A stretch of DNA of 64,000 nucleotides from an uncultured marine group III euryarchaeote (GTDB lineage: Archaea; Thermoplasmatota; Poseidoniia; MGIII; CG-Epi1): positions 19,048-83,047 of the forward strand of contig CACALG010000001.1 of NCBI GenBank assembly GCA_902533295.1, given 5' to 3'. This document shows positions 38,512-47,972 of this stretch, piece by piece. A program made the translations under genes and the position numbers. Under the pieces are notes generated by a model. That model saw only the letters and a program-made list of their open reading frames with translations. It ran no database searches and was not told the DNA's origin. Each line of letters begins with the position of its first letter. Position 1 is the stretch's first letter.

Positions 38512-39864
38512 ATGGGCAGTTTTTGCGAACACATGGACCCAGTAAGTGTGCTTGACTACAGATACGGCACAGAGCAAATGAGAACTATATTTCGTGCTAA
38601 TTCATATTTACAAGCATTACTGGAAGTAGAAGCGACACTTGCCGAAGTACAAGAAGAGAAAGATATAATTCCTAAAGGAACCTCTTCCCAAATCCGTAAT
38701 GGAATCAGTGCAGTAAAACGTGAAAGAGTAGAAGAAATAGAATCTCAAATAAATCATGATGTCATGGCTGTTGTCAAAGCTCTCGAAGAACAATCTGGTG
38801 ATGCAGGGAAATGGATTCATTTTGGAGCAACCAGTTATGATATAGTAGATACTGCAAGAGCTTTACAGCATAAAAGTGCTATTACGTTATTGGAAGTTGC
38901 AATTGATAAATTAATAAATTCTTTAGCTCATTTAGCAAAAGAACATAAAAAAACAGTTATGTTAGGCAGAACACATGGCCAATGGGCAACACCAATTACT
39001 TTCGGCCTAAAAATGGCTGTTTTTACATCTGAACTGAAGAGACACAGAGATAGACTTATTGAATTAAAACCTAGAATATTAACAGGGAAATTTCTGGGTG
39101 CTGTAGGTTCTGGAGCTGCAATGGCACCACATACTCTAGAAGTTCAAAGTGCTATTTGCAAAAAATTAAGTCTCAATGAACCATTAGCTACAACACAAAT
39201 ACTCGGTCGAGATCGAATTGCAGAGTTGATAGCTTGGGGTTCTAATCTAGCAGTAAGTTTAGAAAAATTCACTACAGAAGTACGTAACCTACAAAGAAGT
39301 GATATTGGTGAAGTAGCTGAAGCCTTTGATCGTGAAAAACAGGTTGGATCTTCTACTATGGCTCAAAAAAAGAACCCAATTACATCTGAGAATATTGGCG
39401 GATTAGCAAGAGTTGTTAGATCTATGCTCTATACTTCTTATGAGAATAATTTGCAGTGGCATGAAAGGGATTTAGCCAATTCCAGTGCAGAGAGAATAAT
39501 TTTGCCTCAATTCTACATATTATTAGAATATATTTTAGTCAAATCTGACAATGTTTTCTCAAACCTCTATGTTAATAAAAAAAGGATGAAAGAAAATCTA
39601 GACAATGCTGGTGGTTTACCTATGGCAGAGGCTTTTGTTATCGCACTAGGAAAAACAGATTTAGGAAGACAAGAAGCCCATGAACTCGTCAGAACTATCA
39701 CAATGGAAGCTGAGAAGTCAAATATATCATTTTCTCAAGCAATAGAAGAGAATAAAGAAGTTTTAAATTATTTAAATCAGAAAGAAATAAGTTATTGTTT
39801 AGATCCTCAAAATTACACGGGCCACTCTGAAGAAATCATTGACAAAGTTTTGGGTTCATTATAA
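38512..39864 (+). CDS. purB: Adenylosuccinate lyase
   Basis: Fumarate-lyase signature GSSTMAQKKNP and a full-length PurB pattern. The start could be ATG 38512 or ATG 38533; the ORF track begins at TTG 38485. Confidence 0.9.
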   Translation: MGSFCEHMDPVSVLDYRYGTEQMRTIFRANSYLQALLEVEATLAEVQEEKDIIPKGTSSQIRNGISAVKRERVEEIESQINHDVMAVVKALEEQSGDAGKWIHFGATSYDIVDTARALQHKSAITLLEVAIDKLINSLAHLAKEHKKTVMLGRTHGQWATPITFGLKMAVFTSELKRHRDRLIELKPRILTGKFLGAVGSGAAMAPHTLEVQSAICKKLSLNEPLATTQILGRDRIAELIAWGSNLAVSLEKFTTEVRNLQRSDIGEVAEAFDREKQVGSSTMAQKKNPITSENIGGLARVVRSMLYTSYENNLQWHERDLANSSAERIILPQFYILLEYILVKSDNVFSNLYVNKKRMKENLDNAGGLPMAEAFVIALGKTDLGRQEAHELVRTITMEAEKSNISFSQAIEENKEVLNYLNQKEISYCLDPQNYTGHSEEIIDKVLGSL

Positions 39865-40304
39865 TGCAAGGATTTGCAATAAGCAATTTAACGAATAAGA
39901 ATCTTAAACAAAAAGCAAACAAAATTGTACTTGATTTAGTCAAAAAAGGGCTAAAAGTAAAATACAAAATCTTTGGGAAATATATATATTTAGAATCAAA
40001 AAATGAAATAACTCAAAAAAATTTGAATAAAAATATCTATCATGCAAAAATGAGCACAGATAAAAAAGATGAGATTTTCACATCTATAAGTGGGTTAATA
40101 GACGGTACAAAAGAACCTGCAGATTTTGCAGTAAGAGTCAATCGAAAAGGTGAACATAAATACACTTCAACTGAATTAGCTAAAGAAGTAGCCGGGGCTG
40201 CATTTGAAGAATGGCCAAATATTAAAGTAAATCTAGACAAACCCTCATTAGAAATTAATATTCAAATTATTAATAATCGGAGTATTATATACTTAAGAAA
40301 CTAA
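39864..40304 (+). CDS. Small THUMP-domain RNA-binding protein (tentative)
   Basis: The C-terminal half (FAVRVNRKGEHKYTSTELAKEVAGA ... LEINIQI) resembles THUMP domains. Its start overlaps the purB stop (ATAATG). Confidence 0.5.
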   Translation: MQGFAISNLTNKNLKQKANKIVLDLVKKGLKVKYKIFGKYIYLESKNEITQKNLNKNIYHAKMSTDKKDEIFTSISGLIDGTKEPADFAVRVNRKGEHKYTSTELAKEVAGAAFEEWPNIKVNLDKPSLEINIQIINNRSIIYLRN

Positions 40305-41191
40305 TGGACATTACAATAGTTGGAGCTGGCGCATTGGGGAATATGCTTGCCACTAAACTTTCGAGGAATAACAAAGTAAAGTTAATAGTAAAGTCAAAGC
40401 ATACTGGATTGATTGAAAACCAAGAAATACTATTCAGAGATATTGAAGGAAATATTATAAAATCTAAAATTAAGATAGGGACGAATATAGAAAATTGTGA
40501 TTTAATTATATTATGTGTAAAAAGTTATGATGCAGAAATATTAATACAAGAATTATCTAGATTAGATACTCCAATATTATTATGCCAAAATGGTTTGAAA
40601 ATTATGAATTATGCTTTAAAGAATATAGATGAGAAAAGAATATCATATCTAGTAACTGGTAACGGAATTTCTAAGATAAAAACAGGCATATCTGAACATA
40701 AAGGTCTAGGATTTACTTATTTAGGGAATTTATCTAAATCAAAATCAAATCTCTTGCATAGCATATCTAATAATCTAAAAGAACAAGATATGGATTGTAG
40801 TATTGTAGAAAATATAGAAGAATTTGTATGGCTAAAAACAGTAATCAATAGTGCAATAAACCCAATAGCTACACTGGCTGAAGTAAAAAATGGAAAACTA
40901 GGGAATCCAGAACTTAATGATGAAGTAAAGAAATTGTGTGAAGAGAGTAGTAATATTGCATCATCCAACGGCATTACATTACCATTAGATCCTTGGAGAG
41001 AAATAAACAAGATAATTGAAAAAACCGCTGATAACAAGTGTAGTATGTTACAGGACTTAGAAAACAATCAACAAACTGAAATTGATGCAATCAATGGAGA
41101 ATTGATTAGAATAGGAAAGAAACTCTCCATAAATACAATTTATAATCAGCAAATTTTTTCAGAGATAGAAAAATTATCAGTCTATTCCTAA
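40304..41191 (+). CDS. panE: 2-dehydropantoate 2-reductase
   Basis: N-terminal Rossmann motif IVGAGALGNMLA and the C-terminal SMLQDLENNQQTEIDAINGELIRIG signature. Confidence 0.8.
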   Translation: MDITIVGAGALGNMLATKLSRNNKVKLIVKSKHTGLIENQEILFRDIEGNIIKSKIKIGTNIENCDLIILCVKSYDAEILIQELSRLDTPILLCQNGLKIMNYALKNIDEKRISYLVTGNGISKIKTGISEHKGLGFTYLGNLSKSKSNLLHSISNNLKEQDMDCSIVENIEEFVWLKTVINSAINPIATLAEVKNGKLGNPELNDEVKKLCEESSNIASSNGITLPLDPWREINKIIEKTADNKCSMLQDLENNQQTEIDAINGELIRIGKKLSINTIYNQQIFSEIEKLSVYS

Positions 41192-42211
41192 TGCTTTATT
41201 TGTCTTCAAAATAGATTTCATATTATCTGCTTCCAGATTAAACATTGCTCTTATAGCATCAATATTTTCAGGTATCACGTCAGATTCTTGATGTATAGCT
41301 TGGTAATAATACAATTTCTTTCCAAATGCATGAACTCCATCTTTCCAGACTGCAATTTGATTTAAGTCCCCTCGAGTATACAATGCGTCACGAGCTAATT
41401 CCATTATCTCTGCTGTACCTGGTAAATTACGTATTTTATTACCATCTGAATTCAAAAATCCTTCTAATAAATTTACACGAGGTGTTGAATCCCACATAGA
41501 TAATATCTCATCAACATCAGGTTCATTATCTAATTCAGCTATAATACAATGAACATGCATAATAGTTGTAGGTACTTTAACTGCCATAGTTTGTATGTTT
41601 ATACCCTCAATAACTGTTTGAACATCAGGGCCATGGTGACTCGGAACTGAAAGAACTGGTTCTATTGAATTCAGGGGGCCTCTATCACTATCTTTAGGAT
41701 CTCCACTTCTTCTAACCATAACTGCTTGGACATTATCAATACCATACTTCTGAAGTACTGGAAATAACGTCCTTGCAAGCCCTGTTGTATTGCAGGAAAC
41801 AACTCTGACAAAATCTTCATTTATAGATGAAGAATAATTTGTTAGAGCGTTAAAACTTACACCGATAGGTGCATGTTTTTCACCACCTTGCCAGATAGCC
41901 TTAGTACCTGCTTTTTTGTACATTTCCATATTATTTACACCTAATTTTCCAGGTGTACAATCTATGATAACATCCGAAATTTTGACTAAGTCTTCTGTCA
42001 CACCAGAAACTTCCACGCCTTTTTCCTCAAAGAACGGTATTTTTGATTTTGTAGAAGCAAAAACTGGAAAACCAGCATCGAGAGCTCCTCTTAATTCATA
42101 TGTTGGTTTTGTTTTAACTATACCAACTATTTCCATGTCATCTTGAAGTGTAACAGCTTCAGCAACACGCTTTCCAATCGTGCCATAGCCATTGATCCCA
42201 ACCTTAATCAT
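41177..42211 (-). CDS. gap: Glyceraldehyde-3-phosphate dehydrogenase, archaeal type II
   Basis: MIKVGINGYGTIGKRVAEAV, active site VSCNTTGL, ~340 aa. Confidence 0.9.
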   Translation of the reverse strand: MIKVGINGYGTIGKRVAEAVTLQDDMEIVGIVKTKPTYELRGALDAGFPVFASTKSKIPFFEEKGVEVSGVTEDLVKISDVIIDCTPGKLGVNNMEMYKKAGTKAIWQGGEKHAPIGVSFNALTNYSSSINEDFVRVVSCNTTGLARTLFPVLQKYGIDNVQAVMVRRSGDPKDSDRGPLNSIEPVLSVPSHHGPDVQTVIEGINIQTMAVKVPTTIMHVHCIIAELDNEPDVDEILSMWDSTPRVNLLEGFLNSDGNKIRNLPGTAEIMELARDALYTRGDLNQIAVWKDGVHAFGKKLYYYQAIHQESDVIPENIDAIRAMFNLEADNMKSILKTNKALGID

Positions 42212-42238
42212 ATTTCTTTATTTGATAGTGCTATTTAA

Positions 42239-44332
42239 CTAATTTTCTTTATCATCACTCATTTTTTTTCTGAGCTGTTCAACAGAAACCGAAATTTTCT
42301 TTTCAGGAATGGATTCTGCGCCTTGGGTAAATTCTTCAACCTCTTCAACTTCCTCATTAAAATCACCAACGTCTTCAATATCTGATGAATCATCATCAAA
42401 AACTTCAACCGCTGACTCAGCGACATCCTCTTCTCCAATATTTTTAGAAATAGCATAATCTCCATCACTACCTTGTCCCACAGCAATATCCCCGCTTTCG
42501 ATATCCTCTGCCAATTGCATGCGCTTTTCTGAACTAGCATCATCCACTATTTCCTCTAACAATTCCTCTGGTGAAAGCTCCTCCTCCACTTCTGGAAATT
42601 CCTCATCTTCTGTCTCAATAAGTTCATCTAAATCTAATTCAACTTCCTCATTATACAAGAATTCTGGCATTTCAGGAGCTACCGCACCTGGTGTAGCTAT
42701 TGCATCATAAAATTCAAAAGCCGTCCTCTCAACCTCTTCCACAAATTCTTCTAAATCTTCTTCCCCTATTCTAGAATAGATAGTAGCCATTCTATCTGCA
42801 ATGAATGCAAAGTAATTCGGTGCAACTTCAAATGCTTTTTCAGTCCATGTAAATGGAATCCATGCCATAACTTGCTTATTTTTAGGATCTACTGTTATTT
42901 TTAATTGAGGACCAGGATAAATTATACCACCGCAGGAAACATCATAATTATTCATATATGCTAAAACTTTGTACACATCTTCTTGTTTTGGTGTTTCAGT
43001 TAAATTATATTTGGCCTCAAAATAGAAATTGACTTTCTTATAATTCATGAAAATTTCAGGCCTTCCTGAACCCTGAACAGGATTGGTCTTAGTGTCTGAT
43101 TCAGCAAAAAGTGAACCCATTATTGAATCGCTCCAGCCTTGCCTTACTTGTTCTGGTGCATCATATTTCAATACTACATCTTTATTTTTAGATCTAAACT
43201 CACGAAGTGATTTAGCATGTGCACTTAATTTTAATCCTGATGCCATCTCACAGAGAATCCATAGAGCATAAATATCTGTCATCTTTTGTGTCTGTACAAG
43301 TACTGTTTCTTCATAATATGATTGGTACTCATCTAAAAACTCTCTCCACAAAGGGGGCAATTCTCTGTAAGAACGATTTCTACTCCAAGTTTTAGCTTCG
43401 ATAAGTGCTTCTCTATTAATTAAACGCTGCTCTTTACGAGTAGCCTTAGCAGTAGGTATTAATTCTGCTAATTTCCCATCACCTAAGACCTGTTTATGGA
43501 ATTTACATGCCATATCTAACTTATCCAATTGCTCCTTAACTGAATCATTAGGGGGCTGATATTCTTTGCCATAAATTGCAGACCAAGCTTTCTTTTCCCT
43601 TTCTCTTCTATCCATTTCATCTCTAAAAAAGATAGCTTCAATGAAAACTTCCATATGGAATTTTACAAGAAGGATGTTAGTGGGTGTACTCCATCTCCTC
43701 TTTCGGATATCTGTTACATGAGCAGTAGCATATTCTGTACCTTTTTGAGCACGAGCAAGAGCCGTTTTTTGCCACCTTACTGCACCCCTTATCTGGGATT
43801 TCATAGTCTTTCTTTCAACTTCTACTTTGTAAGTGTAAGCTCCTTTTCGGATATCATTTGTAACTTTCAACAATTTTCCAGAAAATTCTAATAATTGTTC
43901 AATATTAAGTAATATTTTCTCCTCTTCAATTGATGATGTCCCACCAGGATACATGTCTTCGGGCGGATCATCGGCTCCAGAATTCTTAACCAAATCAGGA
44001 ATATGAACATCTCGTAATTCTTTGAAGCTCTCATAATCTAACATCTTAGGAGCTATCACAACTTCTAGCTTGTTTGAAACCGAACTTCCATCTTTACTGT
44101 GCAAACTTATAGTGTTAGTTCCAATATAGTCTGGCACTACAAACTGTAGAGAATGTGTTGTATTTGATCTAACTGGAGGTAATGAATCAACTTTAGCACT
44201 ACCTACTCTGATATGCACATCTTCTAATGCCTTGAAAGCATTAACATTCAACATAACTGATTCACCCTCAGTCAAATTCTCAGAATGACCCTCTGGTAAT
44301 CTGAGATCTATAGTTGCATCTGGTAAACTCAT
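42239..44332 (-). CDS. McrC-like PD-(D/E)xK nuclease subunit (DUF2357/DUF524-like) with a ~175-aa acidic C-terminal tail
   Basis: RPE(426)-x12-E(439)AK(441)Y is encoded at 43007-43065 and followed by EDVYKVLAYMNNYD. The gene sits 1 nt downstream of the McrB-like gene, in the canonical B-then-C order. Confidence 0.7.
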   Translation of the reverse strand: MSLPDATIDLRLPEGHSENLTEGESVMLNVNAFKALEDVHIRVGSAKVDSLPPVRSNTTHSLQFVVPDYIGTNTISLHSKDGSSVSNKLEVVIAPKMLDYESFKELRDVHIPDLVKNSGADDPPEDMYPGGTSSIEEEKILLNIEQLLEFSGKLLKVTNDIRKGAYTYKVEVERKTMKSQIRGAVRWQKTALARAQKGTEYATAHVTDIRKRRWSTPTNILLVKFHMEVFIEAIFFRDEMDRREREKKAWSAIYGKEYQPPNDSVKEQLDKLDMACKFHKQVLGDGKLAELIPTAKATRKEQRLINREALIEAKTWSRNRSYRELPPLWREFLDEYQSYYEETVLVQTQKMTDIYALWILCEMASGLKLSAHAKSLREFRSKNKDVVLKYDAPEQVRQGWSDSIMGSLFAESDTKTNPVQGSGRPEIFMNYKKVNFYFEAKYNLTETPKQEDVYKVLAYMNNYDVSCGGIIYPGPQLKITVDPKNKQVMAWIPFTWTEKAFEVAPNYFAFIADRMATIYSRIGEEDLEEFVEEVERTAFEFYDAIATPGAVAPEMPEFLYNEEVELDLDELIETEDEEFPEVEEELSPEELLEEIVDDASSEKRMQLAEDIESGDIAVGQGSDGDYAISKNIGEEDVAESAVEVFDDDSSDIEDVGDFNEEVEEVEEFTQGAESIPEKKISVSVEQLRKKMSDDKEN

Positions 44333-44333
44333 A

Positions 44334-47243
44334 TCAACCGAATACGCTTAAACCTGGTGAATCAACCATTTTCTCTAAGGTATTGCTTATGCCGTGGTCT
44401 TGACCAAGAACTTCTTGAGCTTTTAGCATTAAACATTTTAGCTCATTTCTTTCCAATCCTTCCAATGCAGGCATTATATTGGATTTAATTACATCCTCTA
44501 ATGCTCTATCTAAATCATATTGCCCTCGAGAATTAAAGACAGTCAACATTGAATCTATAATTACTGCAGGACCAATCTTTCTATAAGTTCTAACACCTCT
44601 TGCAATTTCATCATCTCTAGATTGAGGTAACTCTTCTTCCTCCAAGAAATTCATAAATTTATTGAATGCTTTGAACATTGTCCCATCATCATCATAAAAG
44701 TCAAACATTTCTTTGGCATACCAATCCTCCTCTTCACTGTCCTCAGGCCTATCAGGTGCAATTCCCAACTTATTCAGTTTATTGAACACAAATATAGGCA
44801 TACGTCTGTACTCATCATCTCTATCAGGAAGACCAATTTCAACGAAAGCAAATCTTCTCATTAAAGCGTGACCCACATTGAAAAGAGTATTCTTATCTTG
44901 AGTATTCATAGTTCCAATTATTCTGAATTCTGGTGGCATCATAAACGGAGCCCCGCCAGTCTCTTTTGCTGTAAGAAGTGCTTGCTTGTCCCTGTACTCA
45001 AACACCGTAAATAATTTACCAAAAGCTTCATCGATATTTGCTCTATTAAACTCATCGATTACTAAATAATGAGGTTTGCCATCCTCTTGCATTGTTTTTT
45101 CACAACTCTTTGCAGCATCTGCAACATAACCATCTTTGAAAAAATAACCTCCTGAATCATCTGGTGAGATACCACCAATAACTTCGAAATTAGACCATTC
45201 TGCATTTGCAGTTACAATGGTGTAATTAGGAATAGGACTGCCGTCTTTTCCCTCTTTGACTCCACATATTTGACTCAGCAAAAGATTAGCTAATGCTGTT
45301 TTACCAGTACCTGGATCTCCATACAACATTATGTTTCTACCAGATTTAAGGTGTGTTACTGTCTGATTAATAGTATCTTCAGTCGTTGAATAATATTTTG
45401 ATAATTCTTCATAGTCAACATTGTAATCGACTTTCATTGCTTTTCGAATCTTTGGAGATTCAGCTAATTCTTCTTTCAAATCCTTTTCTAAATCATCTAA
45501 GTGAGAAAGATCAGCTCCATAATTTTCATCCTCTGTTGGCTTGATGTCTATTGTTGCTTCAGGAAATTCTGAAAGAAGCCTATCCATTGCATCTTCTAAA
45601 CTAATTTCTTTAGGTGTTGATGATGATGGAGTTTCGTCAGATTTTGGCCCATCTTCTGCCTCAAAAGAAGAATCGAAGGGATCTGAGGAAGGGGGACTAG
45701 ATAATTGCATTTCCATCATTTTATCTCTGAATTTCTCTGCACCAAATTGCCAACCATACCATATAGCACCTCCAGAAACTATGAGTGGAATTAGAAACAT
45801 AGCCCATTCTTCACTCGATTCAGGAGATGAAATATCTGAACCTGAAAGTAAAGCAGGAGCAATCATTGTTGCGAATAAAGTGCCTATTCCTGCTACAAAT
45901 AATCCAAAATAAGCAAACCCTTCCATGCTTTCTTCGGATTTCCTTTTCCGGTAAAATAAGAATACACCCAAAAATGTAATAACCATAAACAAAACAGTAA
46001 GAATCCAGTCTCCCTGTTCAAAATAAAAATTAGCCCCATTACGTAATAAATTCCATAACAATACAATGTACTGGAATCCAAGACCAAACAATATGAAGAA
46101 GAAATATTTTGCTTCTTCCATATCTTTCAAACGAATTGTTTGAAGAATATAGGCTGCAATACCTATCAAAAGAGCTAAAACACCAAGCATTAAAACTAGC
46201 ATTTCACCCGCTTGAAGATTAAGCATCACTGTTGCAGTTCCCATTGGTGGGTCTGCGGATGCACAAGCAGATTGAAGATCTGGGATTGTACTATCGTATG
46301 ATCCAACTGCGTCACATGAAGCCCATGGTCCACGCACCCAATTATGGTGTATAGATCCAAATACTAATGAACCGGCTCCCACAAAGGAATAAATTGTACT
46401 CAGTGGAGCCTCTCCAATGTCTTTTCCAGTTACTGCATACAAAAATACGATATAAGATACAATAATTATTATTAGAGAAGACGTCGCTCCTAGAGATGAA
46501 TAAAATCCATCTAGTGCACCTTTTGGATATGTCTCATTAATGAATGACTCACCTTCTGTAAGCTTTTCATCATTTGCGCTAGAATATCCACCGCCTACAT
46601 AAACATAAATAATAAGCATCACAAAAACACACAGAATTAATGGAGCCATGATATTACTATCATTAATCCGTCTTGCTTGTATCATAATTAATAGAGCAAG
46701 GAGCGTAAGCAAACCAAAAACAGACTGAAATTGATGAGTATCTACTTTGAAATCGGATGTATCAAAATTATCTCCTTCACCGACACGACCCCCCGGTCCA
46801 TTATTCAAAACCAACGGACATCCATCTTTATCTCCACGAACATCTATATCCGACCAACCTGGACACACAAGTGGGTTATTATCATCAGTCCAACCAAGTA
46901 AAGTCAACTGCGCTTTTTCTTCATCAGTTAACTCTTGTTCTATCTCGCTATTTGACTCTGGAGCCTCATCATTGTAATGTGGGATGTCTCCTGTTGTATA
47001 ATACAAAATCAAACCTAAGAGGGCAACAGCAATCAAAAATTGTAAAGCTGGCAAGTAAAAACTAGGTTTAGTTTTGATTAAAGGTGGTTTAGAAGTTGCA
47101 GCAGGCTTACCTTCAGATTTAGAAACTGGTGTCTCCACTTGAGAAGGACCTGAATCCTTAGCTCCAGACAGATTTACACCGCAAATATTACAGAATGGTG
47201 CATTATCTTCAACATCTACAGCACAGACTGGGCACTTTTTCAT
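44334..47243 (-). CDS. McrB-type AAA+ GTPase fused to an N-terminal zinc ribbon and a ~10-TM membrane domain (969 aa)
   Basis: Zinc ribbon CPVC-x13-CNIC (about 47178-47234). About ten hydrophobic helices span residues ~62-500 (about 45744-47060). The AAA+ module lies at about 44829-45371: GDPGTGKT, YLVIDEFNRA, IIGTMNTQDKN (NxxD), ALMRRFAFVEI. Confidence 0.75.
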   Translation of the reverse strand: MKKCPVCAVDVEDNAPFCNICGVNLSGAKDSGPSQVETPVSKSEGKPAATSKPPLIKTKPSFYLPALQFLIAVALLGLILYYTTGDIPHYNDEAPESNSEIEQELTDEEKAQLTLLGWTDDNNPLVCPGWSDIDVRGDKDGCPLVLNNGPGGRVGEGDNFDTSDFKVDTHQFQSVFGLLTLLALLIMIQARRINDSNIMAPLILCVFVMLIIYVYVGGGYSSANDEKLTEGESFINETYPKGALDGFYSSLGATSSLIIIIVSYIVFLYAVTGKDIGEAPLSTIYSFVGAGSLVFGSIHHNWVRGPWASCDAVGSYDSTIPDLQSACASADPPMGTATVMLNLQAGEMLVLMLGVLALLIGIAAYILQTIRLKDMEEAKYFFFILFGLGFQYIVLLWNLLRNGANFYFEQGDWILTVLFMVITFLGVFLFYRKRKSEESMEGFAYFGLFVAGIGTLFATMIAPALLSGSDISSPESSEEWAMFLIPLIVSGGAIWYGWQFGAEKFRDKMMEMQLSSPPSSDPFDSSFEAEDGPKSDETPSSSTPKEISLEDAMDRLLSEFPEATIDIKPTEDENYGADLSHLDDLEKDLKEELAESPKIRKAMKVDYNVDYEELSKYYSTTEDTINQTVTHLKSGRNIMLYGDPGTGKTALANLLLSQICGVKEGKDGSPIPNYTIVTANAEWSNFEVIGGISPDDSGGYFFKDGYVADAAKSCEKTMQEDGKPHYLVIDEFNRANIDEAFGKLFTVFEYRDKQALLTAKETGGAPFMMPPEFRIIGTMNTQDKNTLFNVGHALMRRFAFVEIGLPDRDDEYRRMPIFVFNKLNKLGIAPDRPEDSEEEDWYAKEMFDFYDDDGTMFKAFNKFMNFLEEEELPQSRDDEIARGVRTYRKIGPAVIIDSMLTVFNSRGQYDLDRALEDVIKSNIMPALEGLERNELKCLMLKAQEVLGQDHGISNTLEKMVDSPGLSVFG

Positions 47244-47276
47244 TAATGGACAGTTAAGAGTATTGGTTAAAAGCTT

Positions 47277-47972
47277 TTGATTATGGCAAACGTTCTTAAC
47301 AACCTTTTCAATGCGAAAATAATGTCTAATGATTTAATGACTCTAAGAGATTTAAGAGTCCAAACTTTAAAGGAAAGAAGAGAAGGAAGATTAACCAAAC
47401 TTCCCTCTCATTTCTACAGAAGAGTATACCAATTAGAAGCAAATATTAGGATGTTTATAGAGGATTCAAAAGATAACCCACAAAAACTTGGGAAGGCAAA
47501 CGCAGATGTAAGGAAATTTTTAGACATGAAATTAGAATTACACAAACATAGGGAAAGAAAGTTGACAGATTTAGCCAGAGAACGGATCAATGGCCAGAAT
47601 CCTAATACAGATAATGTTCACAAAAATGAACAGGAATATCTCACATCACTCTGCGAAGTTATTGAAAATCATAGAAAGAAAACACTTCTGAGTAAAGATA
47701 ATGGAGAAAGTGAAGAACCGGAAATTAAAGAAACAAAACTCGAAGAAAAAGTAGAAGAAGAAATTATCGAAGAAGAACCTGTAGAAGAAAAGAAAGAAAT
47801 CGCAGACGAATATATAGAAGTAGAAGTTCTTGAAGATTTACCTACATTTACAGGAATGGATGCAAAAAATTATACTTTAAAAAATAACAAAAAAGAAATT
47901 ATTCCAATATACAATGCCAAGATATTGAGTGATGCAGGAAAAGTAAAAATTATTACTGAGGTGAAGGCCTGA
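47277..47972 (+). CDS. GINS subunit (Gins51-like) of the replicative helicase complex (tentative)
   Basis: The N-terminal helical region (LRDLRVQTLKERREGRLTKLPSHFYRRVYQLE ... HRERKLTDLA) and the C-terminal beta domain (YIEVEVLEDLPTFTGMDAKNYTLKNNKKEIIPIYNAKILSDAGKVKII) match the archaeal Gins51 A/B-domain pattern. ATG at 47283 is the more likely start. Confidence 0.55.
   Translation: MIMANVLNNLFNAKIMSNDLMTLRDLRVQTLKERREGRLTKLPSHFYRRVYQLEANIRMFIEDSKDNPQKLGKANADVRKFLDMKLELHKHRERKLTDLARERINGQNPNTDNVHKNEQEYLTSLCEVIENHRKKTLLSKDNGESEEPEIKETKLEEKVEEEIIEEEPVEEKKEIADEYIEVEVLEDLPTFTGMDAKNYTLKNNKKEIIPIYNAKILSDAGKVKIITEVKA

Noticed and set aside
47244-47282. The very short (~35 nt) divergent intergenic region between the McrB-like gene and the GINS gene, considered as a shared regulatory element
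   Set aside because: It is too short and AT-rich for me to identify distinct BRE/TATA elements with confidence. It probably just reflects leaderless or short-leader transcripts.
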